Assembly: GCA_965649825.1 (NCBI GenBank)
Contig: OZ287696.1
Location: 1,832,081-1,896,080, forward strand
Source of the DNA: Penicillus capitatus
Taxonomy: Eukaryota; Plantae; Chlorophyta
Direction of reading: 5' to 3'
Length of the DNA: 64,000 bases
Below the pieces are notes generated by a model. The model did no database searches. It was given only the letters and a program-made list of their open reading frames with translations, and had not been told where the DNA came from. Positions 49,444 through 61,993 of this stretch are shown in pieces (positions within the stretch are counted from its first letter, which is position 1; the number at the start of each line of letters is the position of its first letter). The position numbers were made by a program, and so were the translations under genes.

Positions 49444-50707
49444 TCATAAAATGGTCTGCATTTGGGAAATGCAACCAAGAAAGTCACCACCAAGATTGTC
49501 CAGAATAAAAAAAATGACGGGCTGCGACATCGACCAGTCCAACTTGTGTTCTGGAGACACTCTCGTTTCGTAGTCTACATGGACAAATGCCCTTTCCACT
49601 TCATCTATATTCTCGACCTACACAACTTCACTCTGTTAGGACAGATCCTCCACCCCTGGGCATACATATCCTCTCATCTCATACCTTTTTCTGAAGCTCA
49701 AGCGCAGAGTCGTGGGAGTTGAACAGCGGGATCGAACATGGCATGACGACATCGATTTCCACAAAGTATTTCAATCCCAGATGGTATGCCCGGATCGCAT
49801 CGACTTCACGGATGCCGTCATGCTGGCTGGCAAGATCGAGAATCTTATCCCGGAAATCTTTTGGAGCGCTCAATCCCACAATCTTCGCAATCTGCTTGTT
49901 GGCCAAGATCACCCAACAAACAATAATGAACAGAGATATACAAATGCCGCCAATCGGATCGACGTACCAGTACCTAAGGGCGATCGCCATAAGAACAATG
50001 TCCCGTTTAACAGCAGCCGAGCAAGCACTTGTGATCAAAGGAGGTTGAAACGGATGCAGCAACGACGACAACGACGTTGCTCAGGACATCATTCTTGTGA
50101 TCCTGTGCCAAAACGAGCGTCGAATCCGAAAGGGACCGAAGTAAAAAACAAAAAACAAAGAGACAGGCTTTCAGGGATATCGCCAAAGCCAGAATGCCAT
50201 ACACTGCGGCGTCCATCTTCGGTACCGGCGGGTCATCTACAGAGATCCACACACGCATGCCGTTGGCAAGAGACCGGCGACAGCGAGACGTACCGGAACC
50301 GATGCCAGATGCGAGATCTTCGGCTGCGCTCTGAATGACGAGCACCGCCACGATGGTCATGATGCACGCAATAATGAGAGCGCCCCGACAGTTTCAAGCC
50401 GTGCCTTGCCGATCGGATACTTCGGGTCGACTTTTCGCGTTCTGCTATCGCAGACAAAAACGACGAGCTGGGAGGTCAAGTCGACACTGGAATCGGCTAA
50501 TGAGGCCAGAACAGACTGGGAGCCGGAGACGATGAAAGCAAAGAGCTTTGCCGCAAAGAGGATGATGTTTGCTAAGGCTGACAGCCGTACAGCAAGAACG
50601 ACACGGCTGTTGCGAGCAGTATTGTCATGAGTGGCGGGGACGTCAATTTCGAGTGGTGCCGGTGTTATGGTTGAGACGCCAGCATTGCAGACTTGATTGT
50701 CAGACAT
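49444..50707 (-). pseudogene. MTP: Mn-type cation diffusion facilitator (MTP8/MTP11-like) with a 2-nt frameshift near 50377-50381
   Basis: SLADSSVDL (DxxxD), KYPIGKARLETVG, AQDHKNDVL, WYVDPIG, IRAYHLG...VEIDVV, VERAFVHVDY; the frame breaks between ETVGAL and IIACIMT. Confidence 0.8.
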
Positions 50708-50834
50708 TGGAGTCACTATGTGCGATGCCTGCAAAACGTGAAAAACGCAACAAATAGGTCGGCGAAATAGAATCGTTTGTGTCCATCTTCGCCCATTGGA
50801 CAACATTGCCACGACCGTACACCGTGGCGCCTGA

Positions 50835-51502
50835 TCAGACCGTCATTTTCTTGTAGATGGCGCAGAGACGCGACGGTTGGAATATCTGAAGGCATCACGG
50901 TAAGTCGGTCGTATGGATTGATTTGGGATACCTTGGCCTTAAACATGACGGTGGGCGGGACATTGATGATCATGTAGTCCGGATCGTCCAGGTAGCTCTC
51001 GAACTCCTGACGCGTGCATGTAGGGTCTACCATGCGCGAGACGGGTCAGAGGTTGGACCTGTGGCATGCCCTTTGTGGTGTTGGGGCTCCAAGGAACGGG
51101 CTGAAAGAGAAGCTCTGCGAATTCGCATGTGACGTCGTCTGGCAGTTGACATTCCTTGGCGACCTGTGTGAAAGGTACTCTCTTCGTGTGGCGTTGCTGA
51201 ATGACGACACCAGTTTGGCGAAGGTCTCGGATTTGAGCATTTCGTAGAGGGACGTCTGCGCCTGAGCAGAGGGGGACGGTGGGATGGTGCTTCTCGAAGC
51301 GTTGCAGGAATGTTCGTGCCTCGTCGGTGAGCTCAAAGTGGCCGTCGAAATTCTGGATCCCTCGAATGCCTTGTCTCACCCATAGCGCCTGATCGCGTCG
51401 CGTTCGGACGGTGAAGCATCGGCCAGGTCGAAAGCGGGCGATGTGTTGCAGGCATCGCAGCGGCGTTCGCGACGCGATGAAGGTAAAGGACGCGGCCGTC
51501 AT
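50835..51502 (-). CDS. Conserved hypothetical algal protein with probable transit peptide
   Basis: Spliced model MTAASFTFIASRTPLRC...PVPWSP...|EFESYLDDPDYMIINVPPTVMFKAK|IFQPSRLCAIYKKMTV* with clean GT-AG introns. Confidence 0.55.
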
Positions 51503-51956
51503 CGACAAGACGGATGTTTGTCGTAGGAAGGGCAAACGAACGAACCTGAACGTCGTCGTCCTTGACGTTAAACAGGATGCGGCTGTTCCCTGCTTTGAAC
51601 GACAGGCCTAAAGTGCGAATGCCTCCAGAGAACAACCCCTTGTCACACATAGACGCTCTCTCGTGAAGTGAGCACGCCATCGGAAGGGAGCTGCGGAGGA
51701 AGGAGCACCGAGAAGGGGACGCATACAGAGCGGGAGAGACGAAGTATGAGATGGCAGATTGTGAGATATAAGAGGAGCAATTGGAAACGTGTCCTTCCGG
51801 CACTCTTTGACGGTCTGAAGGAAATGACGATACTCGATGAAGGGAGACGCTGACGGAGGGATGTCTGAGCGTTCGAGACGCATTGTCCATGGATCATAGA
51901 CATTAGCAGCAAACAATGGATGGTCTATACAGATACAACGACGGAGCACGATGTTT

Positions 51957-53374
51957 TCACAGGGATCCTTCACATAGCTTCCCTAGCTCATCGTTGAACA
52001 GTTCCTACATCCACGTCCAACATGGACCGTTGTTCTCCACTTAGTAAGTGCGTGGCGTACTGGCTGATCAAGGAAAACGAAATGCCCTGCGCCAGGAATC
52101 ACGGAAATGCTTCTGTCTGTCTTGTGCTGCGGTGGCCCCTGTGCCGCTTCGATAGCTTTACAGACTTTGACGGCCGACCGTGGGTCCATCCAATCCGATT
52201 CTCCATAGATGAAGCTGACAGGCACCTTCAAATCCGACAGTCTTTTATCGAGAGGGTCCTTTCCCCAGGCAATCGGATGGAAGATGTGACGCAGAGCGTG
52301 TTCGCCACTGGGTCTCGCCGCCGAGATGTGATAGAAGTAGGACTGGAGAGACACCGATTCTGCCGATCCGACCCCGACACCCTCTCGAAAGCGGTTGCGA
52401 ACATAGCCTCCCACCAGACTCTGTCCCCACGGACCCATCGAACGGATGAGCATCTGTGGCGTGACGCCAGAGGAGAACAGAAACTTGAACCCTCGATAGA
52501 CATGTGATTGCCATGTCCACTTCGACTGCAGAGCCGCTGGCATTTGATAGTCCTCCGGCTTTCCCGACTGGAACCCGTTTCTCTCTGAGATGGAGTGAAA
52601 AGGTGGAAGGTTACCATGGCTGCTGGACTGACGAGAATGAGGTGTTGGACGTCTTCCGGATGACGTTGTGTGTACAGTGCAGCGAGATATCCGCCCAGAC
52701 TGTGCCCCACGAGAATCATTTTCTCCATTCCTTGGCGATCGTACCACGCCTTCAGTCCATCGATGAAGAAATCCTCCGTCTCGCGTGTGGTCTTGGCATC
52801 GAAATGCGGTCGCCCTGAATCGCAACGTCATGCCACCCCCAGAAGGAGGAGTGCGTGAATCACCCGATAGTCCAGTTCCCAGCCAATCCACGCAGTGCAT
52901 TCGGAAGTGTCGACACAAAAAATCGATGTTCCTATTCAACAGCAGCCCCTTCCTTTTCTGGTCTGTCATCCGAAGGGCAGAAGACCTGTAGTAGATGGCA
53001 GCGCCGGCACCGTATCCTTGTAGACAGACGATGGGTTGGGCATCCGGGTTGCCTCCTGAGATGCTGTGAATCACTTGGCCCTTGCTGCTCTCTCCGATGA
53101 CGGTGTTCGAGATTTGCAGAGGCGATCTGCAGACGCGCATGCATCGAGTGATCAGTAATGGAGGAGAGGGACGGAGAGAACTTGCAGAATTGCAGCAGTT
53201 GGCGTTCGGATTCGGCCGCTTCCGAAGTCGACGTCCTCGACCAACGCAATCGACTCCACCTGGCCAAAGAAGAGGACCTCAGTGCCGAAACAGAGCTTCG
53301 GAATGAAAGAGCAGTTACCAACTCGGTACGGTTACGGCCTCCTGCGTTGGCAGAACGGTCGGCACGACCGGCAT
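51957..53374 (-). CDS. CGI-58: Alpha/beta hydrolase, CGI-58/ABHD4-5-like lipase / LPA acyltransferase
   Basis: QGYGAG, DWLGTGLSGRP, GHSLGGY, LILVSPA, FIYGESDWMD, HFVFLD (HX4D motif). Confidence 0.88.
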
Positions 53375-55366
53375 TGCTTTGCTGGCCAAGGTTACCAGAC
53401 GAACGAACGTCTGTCGCCGAATCTTTGCAGACGGTGAACGAAGACAGCGAGATTTTGATGATGCAATGACAGCGTAATGATGTGCGGAGGCGATTCTGAA
53501 GCACGTCGATCGCTGAGGACCAAGTGCGCAACGCGTGTCGAAACACAGAAGAGAGATTCTGTCTGACAGGCCATCTAGTACTGTAAGGGTGGAGATGTTT
53601 GAGTCACTCATCGGCCGACTGAAGCAGACAGATCATCAATGGCGCGGACATCGGGGGTCCACTCCTCCGAGCGAGTCTCCAGAATGGGCACGAGCGTCAA
53701 GTGCAGCTTCGTTTTCCACGATAGCCCTACACTCATACGAGATAGGATACGCGAGGTGATCAGAGCATCGCACACAGAGAACGGATTTAGAAGAGTGAGA
53801 GATGGAGCTCATCTTGATCAGAACCTGACAGCCGGTTGTGTGAGCTTGCGTACAGCGCCCACTTTTTCTGGTTTTGCACCTTTCTTCACAGCGCCACGCA
53901 TCAGACAGTAAGCATTTGGCCACGATGCCTCTCATGCACATTTGCAGAAATGCAGAGGTCATGAATAATGTCCAATGTGTCAACATCCTCCTTCAACGCT
54001 CTTTAGAAACACCTAGGGTCATCTTGTCCTTCAAACGACGACAAATGCGCGAGATGTGATCCACGCGTCGTTGCAAATGCCAGACCGCTGTGAAATCTGG
54101 GAAACGATGCCAGCTCATCCATGCTCTCCATCAGTACAGACGCCGTTCAGCTTTTCACCACGAGAGACATCTGAACATCGGATCCACGATTCTTCAATAC
54201 TCTACACAGATCCTCACATGACAGGTAGGTGGTGGCTGTAAACTGTCTATGGTAGGTATACACACCGACTGTCACACTTTAAAGGAGACCATCGCCGTCC
54301 TCGATGGATCAGAGGTTAAGAACAGATAATGTATAGATAACTTAATGAATGATCCAAATGCTTCCAAAACGAAAACGGGCGCTTCTGCTTAAAGGACATT
54401 GTCACACAGAGCAGATAGATGACACAACAAATTTTACTAGCTCTATTCGCCCAGATCATCTCCAGCAACCTAAGCAGAATCAGCTCATGGACCTGCCGCA
54501 AACAAGTCATAAAGAGATGGGAAGACATCTCACTCACTCACTCACCTCGTGGACAGTCGTCGACGGACTCCTTCGTGTCTGTGCTCTTCTAGTGATCTAC
54601 AATCGATGCCCTTGCAGAGCCAGACAGTGTTGTTTATTACTTTTTTTGTGTAAAATTGTTAACGCGTCGAACTTCGGTGGGGCATCGCGCATGCGAGTAG
54701 ATAGGAAGGCTCTCGTCGACCTCTTGCTGGAATCCGCGTAAGAATCCGCGGCCTTTCGCAAGTGTCTCGGTCTCTCAGCGCGATCTTGAATGTCCGTGAA
54801 GGGCGGCGCGTTTGCCAACCGACGAAATAGATCGGCCTCGAGGTGTTGGGTTTTCGTCTAAAAGATCTCTTGCTAGCCGCTAAGGAGCGCAAACGGAGTT
54901 TGTGCTGCGGTGACGCGGGGGCATCTTTGTACGCTGTTTACCTGCGAGGAAAGGCACTAGGGACTCCATCCATCCTCGCGCCCGAGCGTTCGACGTGTTT
55001 TCTGCGCGGCGTAAGTGGAGCGAGTCCATGCCCCTTTCCGTTGTCGTCATGCAAGGCGACGAACGATTTTTCCACTCGGTGGAGAGACCGCCTCCGCAGG
55101 TGGTGGGAGGCGAATGGTCTCTAACCGTAGGGTGGGTGCCGCGCGCACCGGAGTCCGTCACATCGCTGTCTATTTCCGAAAAGGGGAACGAGAATTTTGC
55201 GCGCTGCAGATTTTTTTAGGCCAAGTTAGGTTAAAGGAAAGAAAGTCAGAAGAAAGCCCCAGAGTCCGAATCAAGGTATATTGACACAGATCAGGCCAAA
55301 AAACTTGTCAGCACGCATTTGCTGTCATGATTCAAGTGGTCGAGCACCTCGTCCACGACAGACAGC

Positions 55367-56250
55367 CTAGAATAGATTGGAGTGGAAACTGGTGCTGTGA
55401 GGCGGAAACTGGTGCTGGAACGACATCCTTGCCAGGAGAAGACTCAAGAAGACTTGAATCTTGCTGCCTAGAAAACCTTCAACTTTCATCTGAACCGGAA
55501 GGATGATCTCCATCACGACATGTTGGCGTACTGCCGGACAGGTGTCCTCGCTGGGAGCAGGAGAGTGACGCAACTGAGGTAATGAAATCGAATTCTGCGA
55601 TCGATCCTTCGCGTTTTTTCTGTTCAGTAGGACCGTCGATACAGCTGGTATCGGCCAGACCCAGGGCTTCATTCCCTGTTCGTTCGTGGGCCGTGTCGCA
55701 GACGGAGGGTCGTGCTAATATCTTGAGGTAGACTCTTCGGTTTGTCGCAGATTGTCACCAGCTGTAGATTCCGGTAGGATCCGTGGCTGGGATTCCCTTC
55801 ATCTGAAATTTCGGCGCGCCAGACACTGCTGCTGTTGTCATATCTTCTGCTGGCTCCAAGGAGCTTTAAGATCTCGAGGTCATTGAAGTCACACATGAGA
55901 TGCACGTGTCTTGACCACGCGGACAGCGATGCCTTGATCTCCAATGACACATAAACCTTCACACGACACACCTGTCACATCACCGAATTAGAGTGTGTCA
56001 GCACAGCATTACCTGATTTTCTGGTTCTCTTCCAAAATGCAGAACTCTTGTCTTTAATGGCGCGGCATTTGTGCGGTCATCACTCGTTCCACGTCTGTCA
56101 GGAGGATCCCATCCATCTCCGCGACTCTAGAGACAGATTTCGTCGACGACAATCCAATGAGAGAGGAGGTTCCCGACAGCATTCCTCCACTCCTCAATGC
56201 GAATCATGACCGCCGATGAGGAACAGGTGAGTTGAGCAGAATCCGGCGAC
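55367..56250 (-). pseudogene. Fragmented coding-like remnant beside the LINE ORF1
   Basis: Several short protein-like frames separated by stops; no family recognised. Confidence 0.2.
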
Positions 56251-56403
56251 CTCAGACATCGAGAGACGCCTCCTTGTCTTTCACTGCTTGTCAGCAAGTC
56301 ATCCATCCGTTCATTGCATAAAATATCTTCCGTACGACACTTTCGTTCCGCCGTTTCAAAACCCTTGCCGAACGACGGTGCCCGCACGCGTGTACTACGA
56401 ACG

Positions 56404-57852
56404 ATGCTTCCCTCAGGCTCTCAGACCGGAGGTCCTGACACCGCCCCCGACCCGGTGCGCACGGCGGTGGCGCAGGCCGCGAACACGGTCCGGTACCGGC
56501 GCGATCTGCGCCTGTCGCCAGAGGTGCTCGAAGCGATGAGCAAGAAGGAGCTCATCCTCGTCAACACTGCCCTCCAAGCTTGCCCAACGCACATCGCCGC
56601 AACCGTGGAACCCGTCACGCTCATCGCCGCAACCGTGGAACCCGTCACGCTCATCGCCAAGATCCGCGACTACCTGTCGGCGCACAGAAAGAAGGACGAA
56701 GCCCAGCTACGCCTAGTGACACGACTCGAGAACCTGCGCAACCAGCTTCTCCTGGCGCCAGAAGCCCCAGACTTGCCTCAAGAGGGAGAAACGAACACGA
56801 CCTCTCTCTGCCGCTCCCGCCACTCAGTACCGCCGAACCAATTCCTCAGAGCACTCTCCGATGACATCCGCTCGGCTACTACGCAGATCGAGGGTATCGC
56901 CTCGCCGCTCGTACCCAAGGAACACCCGTATGCCGCTCGTTTCTCCACGGCCATTTCTATGTTGCACGAGGTACACAATTGCATGCTGTTCTATCACAGC
57001 ATCACGGATTGGACACCGTCCGCCGCTCACTCCACGCCCCCTGCTCCTCCGGCCAGAGACCAAGCAGAGACAGAATCCGGAAGCGCTGCCCCTCGATCGT
57101 ACCGGGATGCCGCCCGAAAGGCCCTGCCCACGAAGACCCCTGCACAGCAGCAACGGAACGCCCAGGCCAGAGAACTGAGGAAGAAAACCCAGGAGCTCAA
57201 AGCTCAGATCAGATGCGATGAACGCAGCTTCCAGCTGTGTCCAGTGAAACTGCAGGGAGACCGACCGTCGTTCCGTCAGCTCGGAATCAGTCTGGAGCGA
57301 AAGCTCAAGATCAAGAACCTCAAGGAGCACGTGGAAGACATCCGCACAGATCACGGAGGCCGCTACTACGTGCAAATCCGTGCCGATCTGCGGGAGTCCT
57401 TTGAGAAATCGCTGGATCGCTGCCTGGAATGTGCAGGAGATGCCTGGGACCTCGAACTGCCGGATATTGGCACGTTCACAGTGAATAATCCGTACCTCTC
57501 GCCAACCAAAGACAAAGTCCCCGTGGTCATCAGCAATGTCGATCTGGACATAGACCCGGAAGCCGCAATCGCAGCCATCGCCGAACAGAATGCTTCGCGC
57601 TGGCAGATCCCTGCGCCCGAACTCGAAGCAGAGCACTTGGCAGCTCCTCACCGAATGAATCGCCGCAAACGTGACTCTGCCGGACAGCCCCTCCCGGAAT
57701 GGACACCCAGCAGGAACTTGAAGGTCTTCGTGTCGAAGACTCTCTATGAGCAACTGAAGGATCCCAAGACCGCGTTTGCCACGCTAGACTACATGGTACT
57801 TCCCATCCGCCCGTTTACACGGCCTCCCAGCGCCCCCCGAGAAGTCTCCTGA
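56404..57852 (+). mobile_element. Non-LTR retrotransposon gag/ORF1-like open frame, cut before the zinc knuckle, no ORF2 in the window
   Basis: Intronless GC-rich ORF with coiled coil, RSYRDAA motif and PVVISNVDLDIDPE...RMNRR...W.PS..LKVFV...IRPF, typical of LINE ORF1 proteins. Confidence 0.7.
56592..56658 (+). repeat. 30-bp tandem duplication inside ORF1 (IAATVEPVTL x2)
   Basis: catcgccgcaaccgtggaacccgtcacgct twice plus catcgcc. Confidence 0.95.
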
Positions 57853-59281
57853 TCCACATTTATTACATGCATACTTCTGATTTGTGTCTCGCTCTGCATA
57901 GTCTAAACATTGGATGTAGCCCTCTCCTCTGATGTTTAACTTGAAAAGGGGATGTAAGAAGCACCAACTTTATTATCCGTTCATTGCATGCGGTCCCCGA
58001 CAACCGTACACTTTCTGCATCCACTTCGATCTACTTTTCTTCTCCAGCTGTCATGCCCCCCACAGGATAGATCATCCAAACAAAGTACGCAATCGTGTGC
58101 GAGTAGATAGGTGTTTCTATCACAGTCACATGGATGTGTGATGTGACATCTTGACCAGGTAAGAACAAGAACAGGCACGATTCTGGGTCTAGGACACAGA
58201 ACGAGATTACAAGAGACATCACGCGTCTGTTCAGTAAACAGTTAGCTACTTTCTAGGCAGATTCCCACTGAAGGACGACAGACAAATGAAGTGTCAAGAG
58301 GCACAGCAGAGCACAGCAAACTCGTGCTATGCAAAAACAAGCCCCGAGTTGCGTACTAGACAAGATGCGTCGAAAGCTGATGTCGCCAAATAGAATGAAG
58401 GAGACCGACAGCAGCCAGCCAACACATGTGGCAGTGTTGCGGGCTAAACGACTCCCACAAATCACTGCGTTGACACATGGCTGGGAATCGCCAGTCTGAT
58501 GGCAGGCCGCGTGCCGTCAAACCACGCTTCTCTAAGGGTCTCCGCGTCCATGTGGAGTCTTCCTCGACCCACGACTCCGATGCCGCTATGCAGACGCGCG
58601 CCGACTGGACTGGAGATACGTCGCGTTTGGGTTATAGTGACCTGACGTTGTCTTGTTTTAAAGACATCGTACGTAGGCCAGCCTCCTATAGGAGTGTCTC
58701 CAACAGAAGCTCTCCGTTTTTGACAGAGATGAAGATTCGCCGTCTCTTCCCTAGGAGACAGAGCACAGAGAGACGAAAAGCTGGCTGGTGGTTTAAGAAA
58801 GGGTCCGTTTTTCTTCCGTGTACCGCATCGTCGCTCACCGATGACCTCGATCAACGACCGAATTCTCATGTACCCCTTGCCGCTCTTCGAGATTTATGTT
58901 GTTTGATCTGCAACGAAGATGCGTGCATGTAGCGAGGGAGAAACATCGACGCAGCAAGACGTTCATTCTAGGTTGCGAAAAACGCGAGAACGCGTTGTCA
59001 TGCCGATCAGAGTCTGTTAATTCGGACGTGCTGCGTGTTGTCCATCCCTCTGAAGGGGAGGGGGGTTGTTTGTGACGCCGATTCTCCCCTCGAAGATGCG
59101 CCTGTTGGCGAAGCAGGCGCGCCACGGACGACCTGAGAAGCGTCTATTTCCGCCCCACGGCCTCGAACGTTCGCGCAGGTGACATATCCGCATTCGTCTG
59201 CGTAGATCGCCGTCAACTTTGTGGTGTGTTTCTTGAAGAGGTCTTTTGCTTGTCGTCGCAAAAAACCGACGCGAGTCTCTG

Positions 59282-59619
59282 TGTTGGAAATGTAGCATCC
59301 TATCCACTGTTCGTAGCCGTCTGAAGCGGTTCGTTTCAGGGTAACCACCTTTGGCGCGCTGTCCATCAGATGCGACGGGTGCTAACCTCCGAGCCGATTT
59401 CTTCATAACAGTCGGGCGATGGTTTTCGAACGTGCCCTGAAGTTCGCGACTGATAGCTGTTGGGGTTAGGAAATCCACAACCATCGTGGGTATTTAAAGA
59501 CCGACAATCCTCTTGTAATTATCCTGAGTTCTTGGTGCTATCTCTGAGCGTTCATTGCCATCGTCGTCGCGTCGTTTCGACTCGTGTTTTGTTTCTCGTT
59601 GTGCAGAAGATTCCCAACA
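59282..59619. mobile_element. Solo LTR (338 bp), Ty1/copia-like
   Basis: Begins TGTTGG, ends CCAACA, flanked by a perfect 5-bp TSD CTCTG; copies 1 and 2 show the empty site gcgagt-CTCTG-gttt; internal TATTTAAA. Confidence 0.9.
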
Positions 59620-60065
59620 CTCTGGTTTATGGCGCGTACGCTATTCTCGACTGCTGCAGCATCAACGGGAAATGGCAACAAGCGAGTGCATCCTCGGGCC
59701 CGGGCGATCAACCCACAGTCCCTTTATAGGCAAGACAGAGCCCATTCCTCTTTCGCAGTGACCGTGCAAGGCGGTCGACCGTATTCGTTTCGCAGGGAAA
59801 CTGCTTCGCTCCGTGCTGGGAGGAAAATGGACGCTAACCGTTGGGCAGATGCGCGCCCGCCAGAGCAGTCATATCGCGACTGATCCCGAATGAGAGCGCG
59901 AGGGTCCTCAAGAGCTTTCCATGCAGCACCATCTCTGGGTCGCAGGCGACGGATACGACCGAATTGGAAAACGCAGCTGCCTGCAAACGAGGCAGCTGCC
60001 GAATTCGGACAGGTCGCTTCGGGTTTTTCTGACTGAAATTCACACCGCTGACTGCAGCTGCATGG

Positions 60066-60072
60066 TATAAAT
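60066..60072 (+). promoter_or_regulatory. TATA box, copy 3
   Basis: TATAAAT ~95 nt upstream of the ATG. Confidence 0.6.
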
Positions 60073-60161
60073 TCGAGCAGGATTCTACACCACTGCCATT
60101 TCCCTTTACGCGTTTGTGTCTTCTGTCTCTCCGAGGTTCTTCGAACTCCGTCTCAAACACC

Positions 60162-60666
60162 ATGTCTGCCAACGCAGCTTTGTTCGTCCTTGCCGCTCTT
60201 CTCTGCCTCCGCGCAGTAGGATCCCTTCCACCGCAGCAACCCTCGATGGCGAGCGTTTGGTGTTCTGGCAGGTGAGCGCTTACCGCCCTACCACAGAGAA
60301 TGTCGTCGACGAGGAAGGACACGTCGTCGGCAAATTGTTCTTGAAAACAGACCTCGCCAACCAAAGTATGGCGGGCAGCGTAACGAGAACTCTTGTATAT
60401 TTTGCATGTGCATGTGAAGTCCCGGATCAAAAGTGGGTTGGACAACCTAGCGTCTCAAAACAACAAGAGACTGTTAACGACTGCGCTTATTACGTATGCA
60501 TTCTCGGTATGTTGCCAGATCTATTCAGTCAAGTGTCGAATGAGGCTGGCTCTGTGCAGAGGGCCTTGTGGCATTTGACTATTACATACCATCTAATACA
60601 TGCAATGGATACGCCACGCTGTTTGCCTATCAACCAGCCGGAGGCTGGGTGAGAGCCGTGTGCTAA
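60162..60666 (+). CDS. Small secreted Cys protein with PAN/apple-like domain, copy 3 (113 aa)
   Basis: All three introns GT-AG. MSANAALFVLAALLCLRA|VSAYRPTTENVVDEEG...LANQ|IPDQKWVG...NDCAYYVCIL|EGLVAFDYYIPSNTCNGYATLFAYQPAGGWVRAVC*. Confidence 0.82.
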
Positions 60667-61390
60667 ACAGGTCGCCTGACAGACGAAAAGCAGATCGCAT
60701 TCTTTCCGGTCTAAGTTCTTGAGATTTTGCATGACTCTCTTGAACAATCCGGTTACCTTTGAATGTTCGATTTAATGAACAGCGCAGCCGTTTTTTGAGT
60801 TCGGTCGGTCTTACGACGCGCGTCCTCTTCGACGATCGCGCAAAGCAATCGATTACGTCTTCATGGCCACGATCACCACCAGGCCGTTTTGCTGCCTGCC
60901 ATGCACTTAGTGCTGGCTCTGTGCATCTTCTTATCAAGATCAACTTCTTCTTGCAGAACGGCAGGCGCGAACACCTTCTTCTCGTCGAACTCTGCTTATC
61001 GACGCCCAGCGTGTTTGTCATGTCGCGGCAGATGCCAGGCATTCAAACGTAGAATGCCCATCCGCGAAGGAAAGACACGCACGGCTCCCGCACGCGGAGC
61101 CCTCAGGTGCTGCAAGCACGGACGCCTGAGCTACGGACAGCTATGTAGACGCGACCTCGGAATCCAATTCGACGAAGCACGCGTCGAAGAAGACGGCAGG
61201 TGCACCTGGCGGATTTGCGATTCACCACGCCAGGAGGCAACACCCTTCGGCGCATCGGCCTTTTCCGTTTTCTTCGCTCGTCGGAGAAAGAAAAACTGGG
61301 CCACAACGCGTCGTTCTGAAAATGGAGACTTGGCCGATCGGACACGGAGTTGTTGAGCACCAGGTTTACAGATGGATCACTGTCAGACAA

Positions 61391-61993
61391 TCATTGTTCT
61401 GAGTGCACCAGTGAGACAATGGCCGGTTCGAGTTTCTCCAAGACGAATTGTCGAGGACAGAGATCGCGAGGCATGTCATCACGGCCGCTTGTGATGCTTG
61501 CCTCTGCAGTATGTTTGTCTCGGCGAAGTCGCAGGGCGAAGCGACATTCGTCATCACCGAGGCATTCCCTGCAAACTCGACTAGATCCTTCGGTAGGCCA
61601 TCGATGTCTTCCAGGACCCACTGCAGAAACAAACCGCGCAAGATGAGGTGACGTTTCGGGTCCTCTTCCAGGACCCATGCATAGAGTCCGTTGGGCAGTT
61701 GCTGGGGCCACGAAGTGTTCTCCAGGGGTGTTCCCCAAGCAGTCGAGCGGATGGGGCATTCTAGTATTGATCCTGGGAGCCAGTTGAAGACGTCCACGTA
61801 GAGAAGACCACAGGCACCCAATCCCACCAGACACACACAGCCCTGCGGCGAGAACACCTTCCTCCTTTTCAATATCCATCTCTTGATCATCCTGCACAGC
61901 ATCCACAAACGCGTTCGCGTCGTCTTGGATGATTTGCTCGTCGTAGCCAGGAGAGGCACGCGCTTCGATCTTTGCATTCTCGACAAATGGCAT
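61391..61993 (-). CDS. Hypothetical spliced gene, copy B
   Basis: Inverted copy of 45454-45955 with a different last exon. Confidence 0.35.
   Translation of the reverse strand: MPFVENAKIEARASPGYDEQIIQDDANAFVDAVQDDQEMDIEKEEGVLAAGLCVSGGIGCLWSSLRGRLQLAPRINTRMPHPLDCLGNTPGEHFVAPATAQRTLCMGPGRGPETSPHLARFVSAVGPGRHRWPTEGSSRVCRECLGDDECRFALRLRRDKHTAEASITSGRDDMPRDLCPRQFVLEKLEPAIVSLVHSEQ

Larger units (their letters stand above)
58560..60830 (+). repeat. Segmental duplication unit R, copy 3 (more diverged, with internal deletion and LTR insertion; left end approximate)
   Basis: Direct match to ~34720-36730. Confidence 0.85.

Noticed and set aside
53600-55300. Short ORFs and a CG-rich stretch in the core between the repeat arms
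   Set aside because: No recognisable protein, RNA gene or terminal repeats.
59282-59619. Insertion as a MITE / DNA transposon
   Set aside because: The inverted match is only ~10 bp; TG...CA ends with a 5-bp TSD fit an LTR better.
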